DNA of 32,000 bases from an uncultured Desulfurococcales archaeon (GCA_964406965.1 CAYOTT010000004.1:115790-147789); one strand, 5' to 3'; counted from the first letter of the stretch, positions 7,911 through 16,431 are shown. The notes: a model not told the origin generated them from the letters alone. A program made the numbers and translations.

Positions 7911-8510
7911 CTATTTTCGGTAGGGTTTAAATGTTTTCCATAACTCTAAGGCTTCCCTTCTCTTAATTTCCCTCATGGCTCTCTCTAAGAATCTATAAAC
8001 GGATGCATGTCTTTGTCCGCGTATAAGCATTGCAATAGCTTCTCTAGCTACACTTGCTCTCTCATAATCCCCTATTATTGCAACGTAAGTGTCGGAAATG
8101 GAAATGTAGGTATCTGTCATTTCCTCTATTATTCTTCTGGCTTTCCCATGTTCACCTATTAACCTAGCTTTAACTCTAGCTAGATGGTTAGGTTTATCAC
8201 CTACATAGCTTTTCAAATCTATTACTATAAGTGTTTGGTCTTCACCTAAAACCTTAAAAGCTCTTTCAGGGCTAAAACCGTAAGCTATTGCTAATACGAA
8301 ATCTCTTGCTTTAAGAACATTTATGGGGTTTACATCTGGTGCTTCAGGCTCTATTATTACTGTTCCATTTACGCTATCTACGGTTATTTTAGTTCTAGTT
8401 CTCTTCATAAGCTCCTTTTTAATTTCCCCCTCCTTACCTATAAGAACACCTACTCTATCCAATGGAACCTTAGTATATATTTTCGTAACACCAGGTTCTA
8501 CTCCTCCCAT
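7911..8510 (-). CDS. KH-domain RNA-binding protein, Dim2/Pno1-like
   Basis: 199 aa with two KH-like modules (VGVLIGKEGEIKKEL; LIGEHGKARRIIEE). It sits in the conserved archaeal aIF1A-Rio1-KH gene order and overlaps the rio1 end by 13 nt. Confidence 0.75.
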   Translation of the reverse strand: MGGVEPGVTKIYTKVPLDRVGVLIGKEGEIKKELMKRTRTKITVDSVNGTVIIEPEAPDVNPINVLKARDFVLAIAYGFSPERAFKVLGEDQTLIVIDLKSYVGDKPNHLARVKARLIGEHGKARRIIEEMTDTYISISDTYVAIIGDYERASVAREAIAMLIRGQRHASVYRFLERAMREIKRREALELWKTFKPYRK

Positions 8511-9169
8511 TCTCCTACTCCCTCTTCGCCAGTAATTATTCTATACAATTCCTCAATAGTATGGGTTTCTATTTTCGCTTTCTCACTAAAGAACTTCACT
8601 ATGTTTCTTATGTCCCTCAAGAGGAAATGTGTAGCTAATGGATGATCTAGTGTTACAGCTTGACTCACATCTATTATAACAGGTTCATCATGGAAAATCA
8701 TTATATTGTATTCGCTTAAATCTGCATGCACAAGCCCTGCCTTCCTATACATGAGCCTCATGTACTCCACTACTTTCCCATATATTTCCTCATACTCTTC
8801 CCTAGTAAGTGGTATTTCTTTAAGTAGAGGTGCTCTAACACCGTTCTCCCCTATGAACTCCATAACTAAAATGTTTCTATATGCATAGTATGGTTTAGGT
8901 ACCCGAACTCCAGCATTAAACATTCTTTTTAAATTCTTATACTCTTTCCGAACCCATTTTAAAATGAGCTTTCTTAAATCGGAAGAAACAGCTTCAAACC
9001 TGGGGTCACCAATAATGTATTGCTTAATACTCTTCCTAAATTCCGCAGTGAACGTTAAGTATATTTTTACTGCAACATCCCTTCCCGCTCTATCTTTAGC
9101 CCAGTAAACTCTTGCTTCCTTTCCAGCACTAACAACGCCATACATTTTGTCAATAAAGCCCTTTCTCAT
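8498..9169 (-). CDS. rio1: RIO-type serine protein kinase (Rio1); minimal ATG-initiated coordinates, and the conserved N-terminus continues upstream to 9271
   Basis: Contains SAGKEARVYWA (ATP-binding loop), catalytic HADLSEYN and metal-binding IIDVSQ. The in-frame extension 9170-9271 encodes Rio-like sequence but has no ATG, GTG or TTG (see findings). Confidence 0.8.
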   Translation of the reverse strand: MRKGFIDKMYGVVSAGKEARVYWAKDRAGRDVAVKIYLTFTAEFRKSIKQYIIGDPRFEAVSSDLRKLILKWVRKEYKNLKRMFNAGVRVPKPYYAYRNILVMEFIGENGVRAPLLKEIPLTREEYEEIYGKVVEYMRLMYRKAGLVHADLSEYNIMIFHDEPVIIDVSQAVTLDHPLATHFLLRDIRNIVKFFSEKAKIETHTIEELYRIITGEEGVGEWEE

Positions 9170-9275
9170 AACATGGTATAGAGCTAGAAGTGTAGGTACA
9201 TTAAAAACTTCTTCAACTGTTTCGTAAAGGTCCTTATCCTTAATTCTTTTCTCTTTACGCTTAACTATAACTTAA

Positions 9276-9605
9276 TCACCCTAGTTCTTCGCCGAGAAAT
9301 TCGGCATGAATAACTCCTTTTGCGGCAAGCTTTCTAACTTCATCTTTAGAGTACCTATAAACGATGTCTCCTCTCTTATCCGGCTGAAAATCCCATATCG
9401 CAACTAATACGTAATCTCCTTCCCTAATCCACACTCTCTTCTTCATTCTACCCGGAATTCTGCAAAGCCTACTTTTCCCGTCAAAACACTTAACCATAGC
9501 TTTATCATGACCTAAAAGTTTCTCAACAACACCTATAATCTCTCCCTCACCGGGTACAGGAGGTTCCTTAGGTTTTTCCTCTCTAGCACGCTTCCTCCTA
9601 GGCAC
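9276..9605 (-). CDS. eif1a: Translation initiation factor aIF-1A
   Basis: 109 aa with an S1/OB-fold core: GEIIGVVEKLLGHDKAMVKCFDGKSRLCRIPGRMKKRVWIREGDYVLV. Confidence 0.9.
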   Translation of the reverse strand: MPRRKRAREEKPKEPPVPGEGEIIGVVEKLLGHDKAMVKCFDGKSRLCRIPGRMKKRVWIREGDYVLVAIWDFQPDKRGDIVYRYSKDEVRKLAAKGVIHAEFLGEELG

Positions 9606-9629
9606 TCAACATCACCATTCTTAAGGTTT

Positions 9630-10706
9630 CTATGCTTTCCCTAGAACATAAGGTTTACCGTTAATTATAATAACTCTCAATTCATCGCCGGGTTTCACAT
9701 TTTCAGGAATATAGCCTAAGGGAATTTCCTTTACCTCATAGTTTTCCAAGGAATCGACAACGTAAACTACTTTATCATCCCTACCTATTACAAGGTACCT
9801 CTTGTAAGCAGCATTGTCAGGTATGCCTGCTACCCTACCATTCCACAGAGTTTCTGCCGGAACAGTAATTTTCCTCTTAGAAATTTCATTTCTAAGAACA
9901 ACCTTAAACCCGCTTATTTTCTCTATCCTATACATTTCGTTTCTAAATAGTACGACGTCGTTTTCCCTATACTTTGGAAGCCTAGCGACAATTATTAATT
10001 TTGAAGTCCGCTTCCCTTCCTTATTTCTTCTAACGTGCTCAAAACTTTCACTAATCACAGCTCCCGTTTCATTACGTATTTTTGAAGCTAAAATTCTAGC
10101 TGTAGTACTGTCAGAAACCTTAATATTTAATCCTTCTCTTAGCTCTTCAATATCGATTATGTTATGTGGATCTATTTCTCTAAGTATTCTCCCAATCTTT
10201 CTCATATCCACTTTATCTAAATGATTTCTTGCTGAACGCACTTGCACAATGGCTTTATATGTTTTTGAAACCCTCATTAAACAATTAGGACATAGAGTAA
10301 ATAATATCTTAACATTCATAGGGTATTTTTGCTGAAAAACATTTCTTCCATCACTAATTTTTGCTGTAACATATGATGTAAATTGTGTTGAATGTATTTC
10401 TGACGGCAACTCTAGCTCATACGTTACATTAAGTTTCTTAGAGTCTTCAGAAGGTATTTTAAACTTTATTTTATCTTCAAGAATTTTATGTAAAACATCC
10501 TCCACAATATCCTCTATTCTGCCATGAAGCTTAAACCACTTGTTCTTCCACCTATATGAGAAGCAATTTTTACATATGTGGAGAGTTACTTCAGAAGGTA
10601 CACTTAAGACTTCATGTTCTTCAAGATAGCATTGAATACATAAGTTACCTATAAACGCTACTTCTCCATTATCTGGTCTTCCACATTTAGCGCAAAACCT
10701 ACTCAT
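9630..10706 (-). CDS. NMD3-family protein (archaeal homologue of the 60S export adaptor)
   Basis: 358 aa. The N-terminal Cys clusters CAKCGR...CIQCY...CKNCFSY and a later CPNC are typical of the NMD3 N-terminal domain. Confidence 0.75.
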   Translation of the reverse strand: MSRFCAKCGRPDNGEVAFIGNLCIQCYLEEHEVLSVPSEVTLHICKNCFSYRWKNKWFKLHGRIEDIVEDVLHKILEDKIKFKIPSEDSKKLNVTYELELPSEIHSTQFTSYVTAKISDGRNVFQQKYPMNVKILFTLCPNCLMRVSKTYKAIVQVRSARNHLDKVDMRKIGRILREIDPHNIIDIEELREGLNIKVSDSTTARILASKIRNETGAVISESFEHVRRNKEGKRTSKLIIVARLPKYRENDVVLFRNEMYRIEKISGFKVVLRNEISKRKITVPAETLWNGRVAGIPDNAAYKRYLVIGRDDKVVYVVDSLENYEVKEIPLGYIPENVKPGDELRVIIINGKPYVLGKA

Positions 10707-10780
10707 AGCTTACACTCTTCCCTTGCAGAAACATTAATGTATAGAAAACTGTACTTAACGGTTTCCCTTATGGAAAGATA

Positions 10781-11092
10781 TTATAGAATCTTCACTATTT
10801 GTGCATGTAGGGTTTTACCTATTTTCAATACTGCATCCGGATGAACAAGCCCTCTCTTAATTGCTTCATTAACTATCCTTTTGCCTACAAGATTAGCTAT
10901 TGTTGCATTACCTATAGCATTTAATGCTTCCTCTACTGTTACGAGAGAACCTTTGTAGAAACTTTCATAAACCTCTATTGAGATTTTCCCCTCACTAAAA
11001 CGTTTACCTAAAACCTCCATGTCGCAAGCTGCAACAAGAACCTCTTTACCTACATAATGTATTTTTAAGTAAATGTTTTTTTCAGAAGTCAT
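10781..11092 (-). CDS. DUF424-family protein
   Basis: 103 aa. The pattern LKIHYVGKEVLVAACDMEVLGKRF..., the size and the position directly downstream of aIF-2beta match archaeal DUF424 proteins. Confidence 0.6.
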   Translation of the reverse strand: MTSEKNIYLKIHYVGKEVLVAACDMEVLGKRFSEGKISIEVYESFYKGSLVTVEEALNAIGNATIANLVGKRIVNEAIKRGLVHPDAVLKIGKTLHAQIVKIL

Positions 11093-11095
11093 GGC

Positions 11096-11524
11096 TTAAA
11101 CCGGTTCAACAGAAGTTTCAGCACCGCAAGCTTCGCATCTTAAAATCCATATTCTTCCTTGACGCTTTAACACGGTATCCCATGATCCACATGTAGGGCA
11201 TACAACATATTTTTTAACGTAAATTTCTAATAGCCTATTAATAGTTGCTGCCGATACTCTACCATGAAGCACCAGAACACCGGATTGTTCATCAACCGCG
11301 CCTGCAACGCCAAGTTTTTTAAGTAGGAATTTAGAAAGATGCTTAGTGTTTCTTCTAAGAGTAGTGTAAATCTCTTTAAAATTCCTTATTGTAGTATAGG
11401 ATCCAACAGTTACAGCCATGGCTTTAGGTAATGTGAAGCGTTGCGCTCTAGCTGTCTTCTTAGGCATTAAGCTAAATGCTCTTTCAAGCATCCACTCATA
11501 ACTGTAATCTTTAATCGATGGCAT
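11096..11524 (-). CDS. eif2b: Translation initiation factor aIF-2 beta subunit
   Basis: 142 aa with the eIF2beta/eIF5 core and the C-terminal zinc ribbon CPTCGSWDT...CEACGA. Confidence 0.88.
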   Translation of the reverse strand: MPSIKDYSYEWMLERAFSLMPKKTARAQRFTLPKAMAVTVGSYTTIRNFKEIYTTLRRNTKHLSKFLLKKLGVAGAVDEQSGVLVLHGRVSAATINRLLEIYVKKYVVCPTCGSWDTVLKRQGRIWILRCEACGAETSVEPV

Positions 11525-11538
11525 AGTCAGGTTACACC

Positions 11539-11549
11539 TTTATATATAA
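11539..11549. promoter_or_regulatory. Palindromic A/T box, candidate shared TATA element for the divergent aIF-2beta and MtaB-like genes
   Basis: TTTATATATAA lies in the 86-nt divergent intergenic region. It is about 15-25 nt from the aIF-2beta ATG, which would make that transcript leaderless or nearly so, and about 65 nt from the plus-strand ATG. Confidence 0.35.
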
Positions 11550-11610
11550 GTTTACTACTAACCTCATTTCTAAGAGAACAAGTGGAGCTAAAAAAGTTTC
11601 GGGAAGGAAA

Positions 11611-12948
11611 ATGAAAGTATACATGGAAAACTATGGTTGCCCTACGAATAAAGCTGATGGAGCGTACATGCTTAGCTTACTTTATAAGGCAGGGTTTAAA
11701 GCTGTAAGTAAACCTGAGGAAGCAGATGTAGTAATAATAAACACTTGTACTGTACGTAAGGATACTGAAAATAAAATGGTTAAGAGAATTAAGAAGCTTT
11801 ACACAATAACTGAAGCCCGCAAAGCTAAACTCATCGTTACCGGGTGTTTACCTAAAGCACAACCATACTTTGTTTCATCAGTTGCTCCGAAAGCTAGCAT
11901 GGTGTCTCCTCAAAATTTTGATAAAATAGTTGAAGCAGCTATGTCAAAAGCTAAAGTAGTTCTTCTCAAGGGTGAGAGAAGAACAGACATTGTACCAATG
12001 TACATTGACGGAGTCATAGCCGCTATTCCAATAGCTGAAGGATGCTTGGGCAACTGCAGTTATTGCATAGTTAAACTCGCTAGAGGTAACTTGAGAAGCT
12101 ATCCTCCAAGACTAATTCTTGAAAAAGTTAAAGAAGCCCTATCTAAAGGTGTTGTAGAGATAGATTTAACAGCTCAAGATACTGCAGCATACGGACTAGA
12201 CTTAGGGGTGAACTTAGCTGAACTTGTAAGCGGAATTGCTGAATTGGAAGGAGACTTCATGATTAGGATAGGTATGATGAACCCCAATTTAGCCTTGAAA
12301 ATAATTGATGAACTAATAGAAGTATATAGGCATCCAAAAGTTTACAAGTTCCTTCACGTACCATTGCAAAGCGGAGATAATAGAGTACTTAGAATAATGA
12401 ATAGACCATACACTGTTGAGGAATTTAAAGAACTAGTTAGTGAATTTAGAAGAAAAATACCTGAAATCAATATTACAACAGACATTATCGTAGGGCATCC
12501 AGGAGAAGACGATGAAGCTTTCGAAAACACATTAAAAATTATGGAGGAAATTGAATTTGACAGAATTCACCTTGCAATATATAGTTTAAGACCACATACT
12601 CTGTCAGCTTCAATGCCTCAAATACCCAGTGGTATTAGGAAAGCTAGAATGAGGAAAGCACTTGAAGTCATGGAGAAAATTGCGTTTAAAAAACACTCTA
12701 AATACGTAGGCAAAATAGTGAATGTTCTCATAACTGAGAAAGGAAAAAACAATACCCTAGTCGGCAGGACAATAAACTATTACCCAGTAGTTTTACCATA
12801 CAATGGACTCACTAGAGGCATTTGGGTTAAAGCGGAAATAGTTTCAAACACATTTTATGATTTAAGAGGAAAAGTTGTCGAACTACTTGGGAAAAGAGCC
12901 CGTATGGAAACGAAACATAAACTATGTAAAGCTTCAATTACAGCATAA
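11611..12948 (+). CDS. Radical-SAM methylthiotransferase, archaeal MiaB-like / MtaB (CDKAL1-type) tRNA-modifying enzyme
   Basis: 445 aa: N-terminal UPF0004 domain (ENYGCPTNKAD), radical-SAM cluster CLGNCSYC, C-terminal TRAM-like domain. Confidence 0.8.
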   Translation: MKVYMENYGCPTNKADGAYMLSLLYKAGFKAVSKPEEADVVIINTCTVRKDTENKMVKRIKKLYTITEARKAKLIVTGCLPKAQPYFVSSVAPKASMVSPQNFDKIVEAAMSKAKVVLLKGERRTDIVPMYIDGVIAAIPIAEGCLGNCSYCIVKLARGNLRSYPPRLILEKVKEALSKGVVEIDLTAQDTAAYGLDLGVNLAELVSGIAELEGDFMIRIGMMNPNLALKIIDELIEVYRHPKVYKFLHVPLQSGDNRVLRIMNRPYTVEEFKELVSEFRRKIPEINITTDIIVGHPGEDDEAFENTLKIMEEIEFDRIHLAIYSLRPHTLSASMPQIPSGIRKARMRKALEVMEKIAFKKHSKYVGKIVNVLITEKGKNNTLVGRTINYYPVVLPYNGLTRGIWVKAEIVSNTFYDLRGKVVELLGKRARMETKHKLCKASITA

Positions 12949-13005
12949 AACATATTTCCTAAGCCTCACCCATCTTATACTAAAAGCTTAGGAGCGGTAT
13001 TATTA

Positions 13006-13398
13006 ATGATTGCTGAGAAACTAAGTGAAATAATTAGTAAGGAAAGCGAATCTAAAAAGTACAGGGTGATGGCTGATATTTTAAGAGTTCTTAGTTTAAC
13101 ATTTGGTAAACTATGGTTATTTGAAATCGTAGGAGAAGTGAATGCACTAAGAAGAACACTTAACATAAGTGAAGAGGTTAGCTACAATGAATGCTTAGAT
13201 GCAATTAGGGAATTAGCGAAAAACGAGCTCGTATCTTTTGAAGAAAAAATTAGAGGCACATTCACATCATCTCGAGGAGAACCTGACTTACTTATCGAAT
13301 TAAGTAATAGAAGCGTAGCAACTACTTTACTTGCCATAGACGATAAAATACGTAAGTATCTTGAAATACGTAGGAAAATTTTTGAAAAACTAAAATAG
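13006..13398 (+). CDS. Hypothetical protein, possible winged-helix regulator
   Basis: 130-aa ORF immediately upstream of the ABC permease. The helix-rich pattern ...LRRTLNISEEVSYNECLDAIRELAKNELVSFEEK suggests wHTH. Weak assignment. Confidence 0.4.
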   Translation: MIAEKLSEIISKESESKKYRVMADILRVLSLTFGKLWLFEIVGEVNALRRTLNISEEVSYNECLDAIRELAKNELVSFEEKIRGTFTSSRGEPDLLIELSNRSVATTLLAIDDKIRKYLEIRRKIFEKLK

Positions 13399-13421
13399 TA
13401 TTTTGAAGGGTTTAGGAGAAT

Positions 13422-14180
13422 ATGAAGAAAGCGTTTATCGCAATAAGCTTACTATACTTTTTAATGCTTGCTTCGATAATAGCTTATCTTCTAATTCAAA
13501 ATAACACTTCAACATTAGTTAGGATACTGTTTTCAGATGAAATAAGGTATGCCATAGTACTGACTTTAATGACATCTATAGTTGCAACATTTTTATCCCT
13601 ACTATTTTCCATACCTGTAGCATATTCTTTAGCTAATTATTCCTTTAAAGGAAAGAAAGCGGTAGAGCTTTTAACGGATATACCGCTTGCTTTACCACCC
13701 ATTCTTTTAAGTTTCGCACTTCTCATAGTTTTAACGAAAAGCCCTTTAGCCATGTTTTTTAAGGAATTAGGTTTAGAAGTGATATTTACCCCTTATGGAA
13801 TAATTGCTGCATTATTTTTCTACGTAACTCCTGAAGCTGTGAAAATACTTTATTCAACATTCTCCTCTATCGATAAGAGATATCGTATGGTTCTTAAAAC
13901 GCTGGGTTATAGTGATTTCCAAAGCTTCCTTAAAGCAGATATTCCCCTTTCAATTAAAGGTATATTCTCTGCTTTCCTTGTTTCCTTAGCTAAATGTATA
14001 GGTGCTTTCGGTGCAATACTGCTTGTATCGGGGGCGATTAAGGGGAAAACTGAAACATTATCTATAGCTATTTTTCTTAGTTGGCAAGGAGGGGACATGG
14101 ATACCGCAATAGCGGCTGCAACAATTCTCATACTTATTTCACTAGCAATATTCTATGTTTTCGAGAGGTTAAAGAAATGA
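13422..14180 (+). CDS. ABC transporter permease (molybdate/tungstate/sulfate-type, CysT/ModB-like)
   Basis: 252 aa with about 5-6 predicted TM segments and a MetI-like core. Translationally coupled to the downstream ATPase (ATGA overlap). Confidence 0.7.
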   Translation: MKKAFIAISLLYFLMLASIIAYLLIQNNTSTLVRILFSDEIRYAIVLTLMTSIVATFLSLLFSIPVAYSLANYSFKGKKAVELLTDIPLALPPILLSFALLIVLTKSPLAMFFKELGLEVIFTPYGIIAALFFYVTPEAVKILYSTFSSIDKRYRMVLKTLGYSDFQSFLKADIPLSIKGIFSAFLVSLAKCIGAFGAILLVSGAIKGKTETLSIAIFLSWQGGDMDTAIAAATILILISLAIFYVFERLKK

Positions 14181-15208
14181 TAGGTATTTACAATTTAGAA
14201 GTTAGAAGAGGAAATTTTACTCTAGGAGTTAATGAACTGGATGTTGGAAGCAATAAGTACTTTGTAATTCTAGGTCCCTCGGGATCTGGAAAAACAACAT
14301 TACTTAGCACTATAGCTGGTTTTGTAAAGCCTATTAAGGGGAAAATAATCATAGATGGCATTAATGTTGTGAATTATCCTCCTGAGAAAAGAAATGTAGC
14401 TTATGTTTTTCAAGACCCCCTATTACTGCCGCACTTAACAGCTTTAGAGAACATATTACTTGGATCCCACGGAAATAGAAAAATAGCTTTAAGCATCGCT
14501 AAGGAACTTGGTATTGGGGATCTACTTAGCAAGTACCCTTCACAGCTAAGTAGGGGGCAACAGCAAAAGGTTTCTCTAGCTAGAGCTTTAGCTTATAATC
14601 CTAAAGTAATTTTACTTGACGAACCCCTTAGCTCTCTCGATAGGGTGTCTAAAGAGGCTGTAATAGACACTTTACTTAAGCTTAAAGGTAAGAAAACAGT
14701 TATTCATGTTACACATGATTTGTCGGAGGCTTTTGCTTTAGCCGATGAGCTAGCCATAATATATAATGGAAGCATTTTAGCTAAAGGTTTACCAGATACG
14801 ATCATGCTTAATCCTCTTAACGAGAAAGTAGCTAGGTTTCTCGGTTTAACAAACTTCTTCAAAGGATATGCTAAGATTGTAGGGGAGAATAAGTCAATAG
14901 TTAAAATAGGTGAGAATGTTGAATTACACGTATATGGTAGGTATAGTGGAAGAGTTTTCGTAACAGTGTCCCCTGGAGAAATATTCTTAGCTAAAGATTT
15001 GGATTCAGTTACTGCAGCAAATAAGTTTGAAGGAGTAATAGCTAAAATTGTTCCAAGAGATGTAGTCGATGAGGTTAAGGTTAAAGTTAATTCAGTGTTT
15101 TTTAGCGTTTACGTTTCTAAGAAAGCGGTAAGGGATTTAGGGTTAAAAATCGGTAGGAAAGTTGTTATTGCGTTTAAAAAATCAGCTATAACGGTAAATA
15201 AATTGTAA
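14177..15208 (+). CDS. ABC transporter ATP-binding protein with C-terminal TOBE/Mop-like domain (ModC/WtpC-like)
   Basis: Walker A GPSGSGKT, Q-loop, signature LSRGQQQKV, Walker B ILLDEP, H-loop HVTHD. The C-terminal roughly 110 aa is a beta-rich TOBE-like domain. ATG 14177 overlaps the permease stop; the ORF-track start at 14081 is an implausible extension inside the permease gene. Confidence 0.85.
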   Translation: MIGIYNLEVRRGNFTLGVNELDVGSNKYFVILGPSGSGKTTLLSTIAGFVKPIKGKIIIDGINVVNYPPEKRNVAYVFQDPLLLPHLTALENILLGSHGNRKIALSIAKELGIGDLLSKYPSQLSRGQQQKVSLARALAYNPKVILLDEPLSSLDRVSKEAVIDTLLKLKGKKTVIHVTHDLSEAFALADELAIIYNGSILAKGLPDTIMLNPLNEKVARFLGLTNFFKGYAKIVGENKSIVKIGENVELHVYGRYSGRVFVTVSPGEIFLAKDLDSVTAANKFEGVIAKIVPRDVVDEVKVKVNSVFFSVYVSKKAVRDLGLKIGRKVVIAFKKSAITVNKL

Positions 15209-15219
15209 TGGTGTTTAAA

Positions 15220-15885
15220 ATGAAAATACTTGTTATAACGGATATTCACTATAGATGGAAGTATCTTAAAAAAGTTCTTAAAATGGAAGAATACGATGTA
15301 ATAGTTGTTGCAGGGGATTTATCTCGTTGGGGAGATGTTAAGGAAGCATTTGATGTTCTGAAAACACTAACAAAGCATGCTACAACCTTTTTTGTCCCAG
15401 GAAATTGTGATAATCCATCGCTATTAAGGACAGAGAATGTTTATAATGCAATAAATCTCCATGGAAAAGTTATTGAACATAATGGTTTAGTGTTTGCTGG
15501 AATAGGGGGTTCAAATACAACACCATTCAATACACCAATAGAGTTCACTGAGGATAAGCTAGCTGAAATAATGGATCAAATGGAGAAGAACCTTCGCGGA
15601 AAAAACATAGATATTATGGTGAGCCATACACCACCATACGCTACGAAACTTGACATAGCATTTTCTGGAGAACATGTTGGAAGCATTAAAGTTAGGGAGT
15701 TTTTAGAAAAACACCAGCCACTAATATGTATTTGCGGGCACATACATGAATCACAAGGCATGGATAAATTAGGGAGAACAATAGCTATAAACCCGGGTCC
15801 TATAGCTGATGGAAAATATGCTATAGTAGAATTAGACGAGAGGAAAAAGAGAATCATAAAAGTGGAGATTAAAAAGATCCGGTGA
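15220..15885 (+). CDS. Calcineurin-like metallophosphoesterase
   Basis: Motifs ITDIHY, AGDLS, GNCD and GHIHE appear in order. GGTG lies 6 nt before ATG 15220. An alternative ATG at 15208 shares one base with the upstream stop. Confidence 0.75.
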   Translation: MKILVITDIHYRWKYLKKVLKMEEYDVIVVAGDLSRWGDVKEAFDVLKTLTKHATTFFVPGNCDNPSLLRTENVYNAINLHGKVIEHNGLVFAGIGGSNTTPFNTPIEFTEDKLAEIMDQMEKNLRGKNIDIMVSHTPPYATKLDIAFSGEHVGSIKVREFLEKHQPLICICGHIHESQGMDKLGRTIAINPGPIADGKYAIVELDERKKRIIKVEIKKIR

Positions 15886-15932
15886 TTCAATGTTAACGTA
15901 CTTGCTCATAGTAATTTTCGTCGAAAACCTAA

Positions 15933-16010
15933 TGGTGGGCCCGCGGGGATTTGAACCCCGGACCACCGCCGCGTCAGGGCGGCGTCCTAACCGGGCTAGA
16001 CGACGGGCCC
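15933..16010 (-). tRNA. tRNA-Val: tRNA-Val (anticodon GAC), no intron, CCA encoded
   Basis: The reverse complement is GGGCCCGTCGTCTAGCCCGGTTAGGACGCCGCCCTGACGCGGCGGTGGTCCGGGGTTCAAATCCCCGCGGGCCCACCA. The first 34 nt are identical to tRNA-Val(CAC) at 4106. Confidence 0.9.
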
Positions 16011-16252
16011 TACTCTCTTATCCTTCTATAGTTTAGGGTGAGCGAGAGAATATAAATTTTAACTTATACGACTCTAGAAACTTATTCTCTAAAAACAAGG
16101 TACTCAAATACTTTAGATAAGCTTATAACTAACGTTATTGCCACTGCAATTCCAAAGAGTATAGCTAGCACTTCAGCTCCCCAAAAGTAAAGTAGAGGGG
16201 TTTATAAAGTGAAGAGACCCTACTGAAACTATCGGCTAACAAAACGGAAACA

Positions 16253-16258
16253 TTTAAA
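16253..16258 (+). promoter_or_regulatory. Candidate TATA box for tRNA-Asn
   Basis: TTTAAA starts 36 nt upstream of the mature 5' end. Confidence 0.35.
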
Positions 16259-16288
16259 CCCTCACAGAATTAATACTGATTAGGCGGT

Positions 16289-16408
16289 GCCGGGGTAGCT
16301 CAGCTAGGTAGAGCGCCGGGCTGTTAACTGGCTGGTGGGAGGTTCGAGTCCTCCCCCCGCCGGGGAGAAACCCGGTGGTCGGAGGTTCGAGTCCTCCCCC
16401 CGGCGCCA
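16289..16408 (+). tRNA. tRNA-Asn: tRNA-Asn (anticodon GUU) with a 43-nt intron at canonical position 37/38 (16327-16369); CCA encoded
   Basis: Acceptor GCCGGGG/CCCCGGC, D arm GCTC/GAGC, anticodon stem CCGGG (16316-20) / CCCGG (16371-75), loop CTGTTA|intron|A, T arm GGAGG-TTCGAGT-CCTCC, G73, CCA. There are 7 nt on each side between the anticodon stem and the intron helix CTGGC (16328-32) / GCCGG (16359-63), which fits bulge-helix-bulge geometry. Confidence 0.85.
16327..16408 (+). repeat. Tandem duplication (period 43 nt) of the tRNA-Asn 3' half: degenerate copy 16327-16365, functional copy 16370-16408
   Basis: An ungapped alignment of the two 39-nt units gives 31/39 identity by hand count. 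This includes the 22-nt identical run GGAGGTTCGAGTCCTCCCCCCG (16338-59 versus 16381-402). Confidence 0.85.
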
Positions 16409-16431
16409 CCTTCAATAATAAAGCTAATGTT

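Noticed and set aside
12958-12992. A 7-bp inverted repeat, CCTAAGC...GCTTAGG, after the MtaB-like gene, considered as a terminator
   Set aside because: Archaeal termination relies mainly on oligo-T tracts. The stem is short, its loop is 21 nt, and it overlaps the ribosome-binding region of the next ORF. This is not enough to call.
16100-16200. A minus-strand mini-ORF encoding a hydrophobic peptide (...LAILFGIAVAITLVISLSKVFEYLVFRE) in the spacer between tRNA-Val(GAC) and tRNA-Asn
   Set aside because: It would be only about 29 aa from the sole candidate GTG start, with no ribosome-binding site seen. The evidence is too weak to call.
16209-16226. GTGAAGA followed by CTGA in the spacer before tRNA-Asn, considered as a C/D sRNA
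   Set aside because: The box C match is imperfect, only 7 nt separates the boxes, and there is no second box pair.
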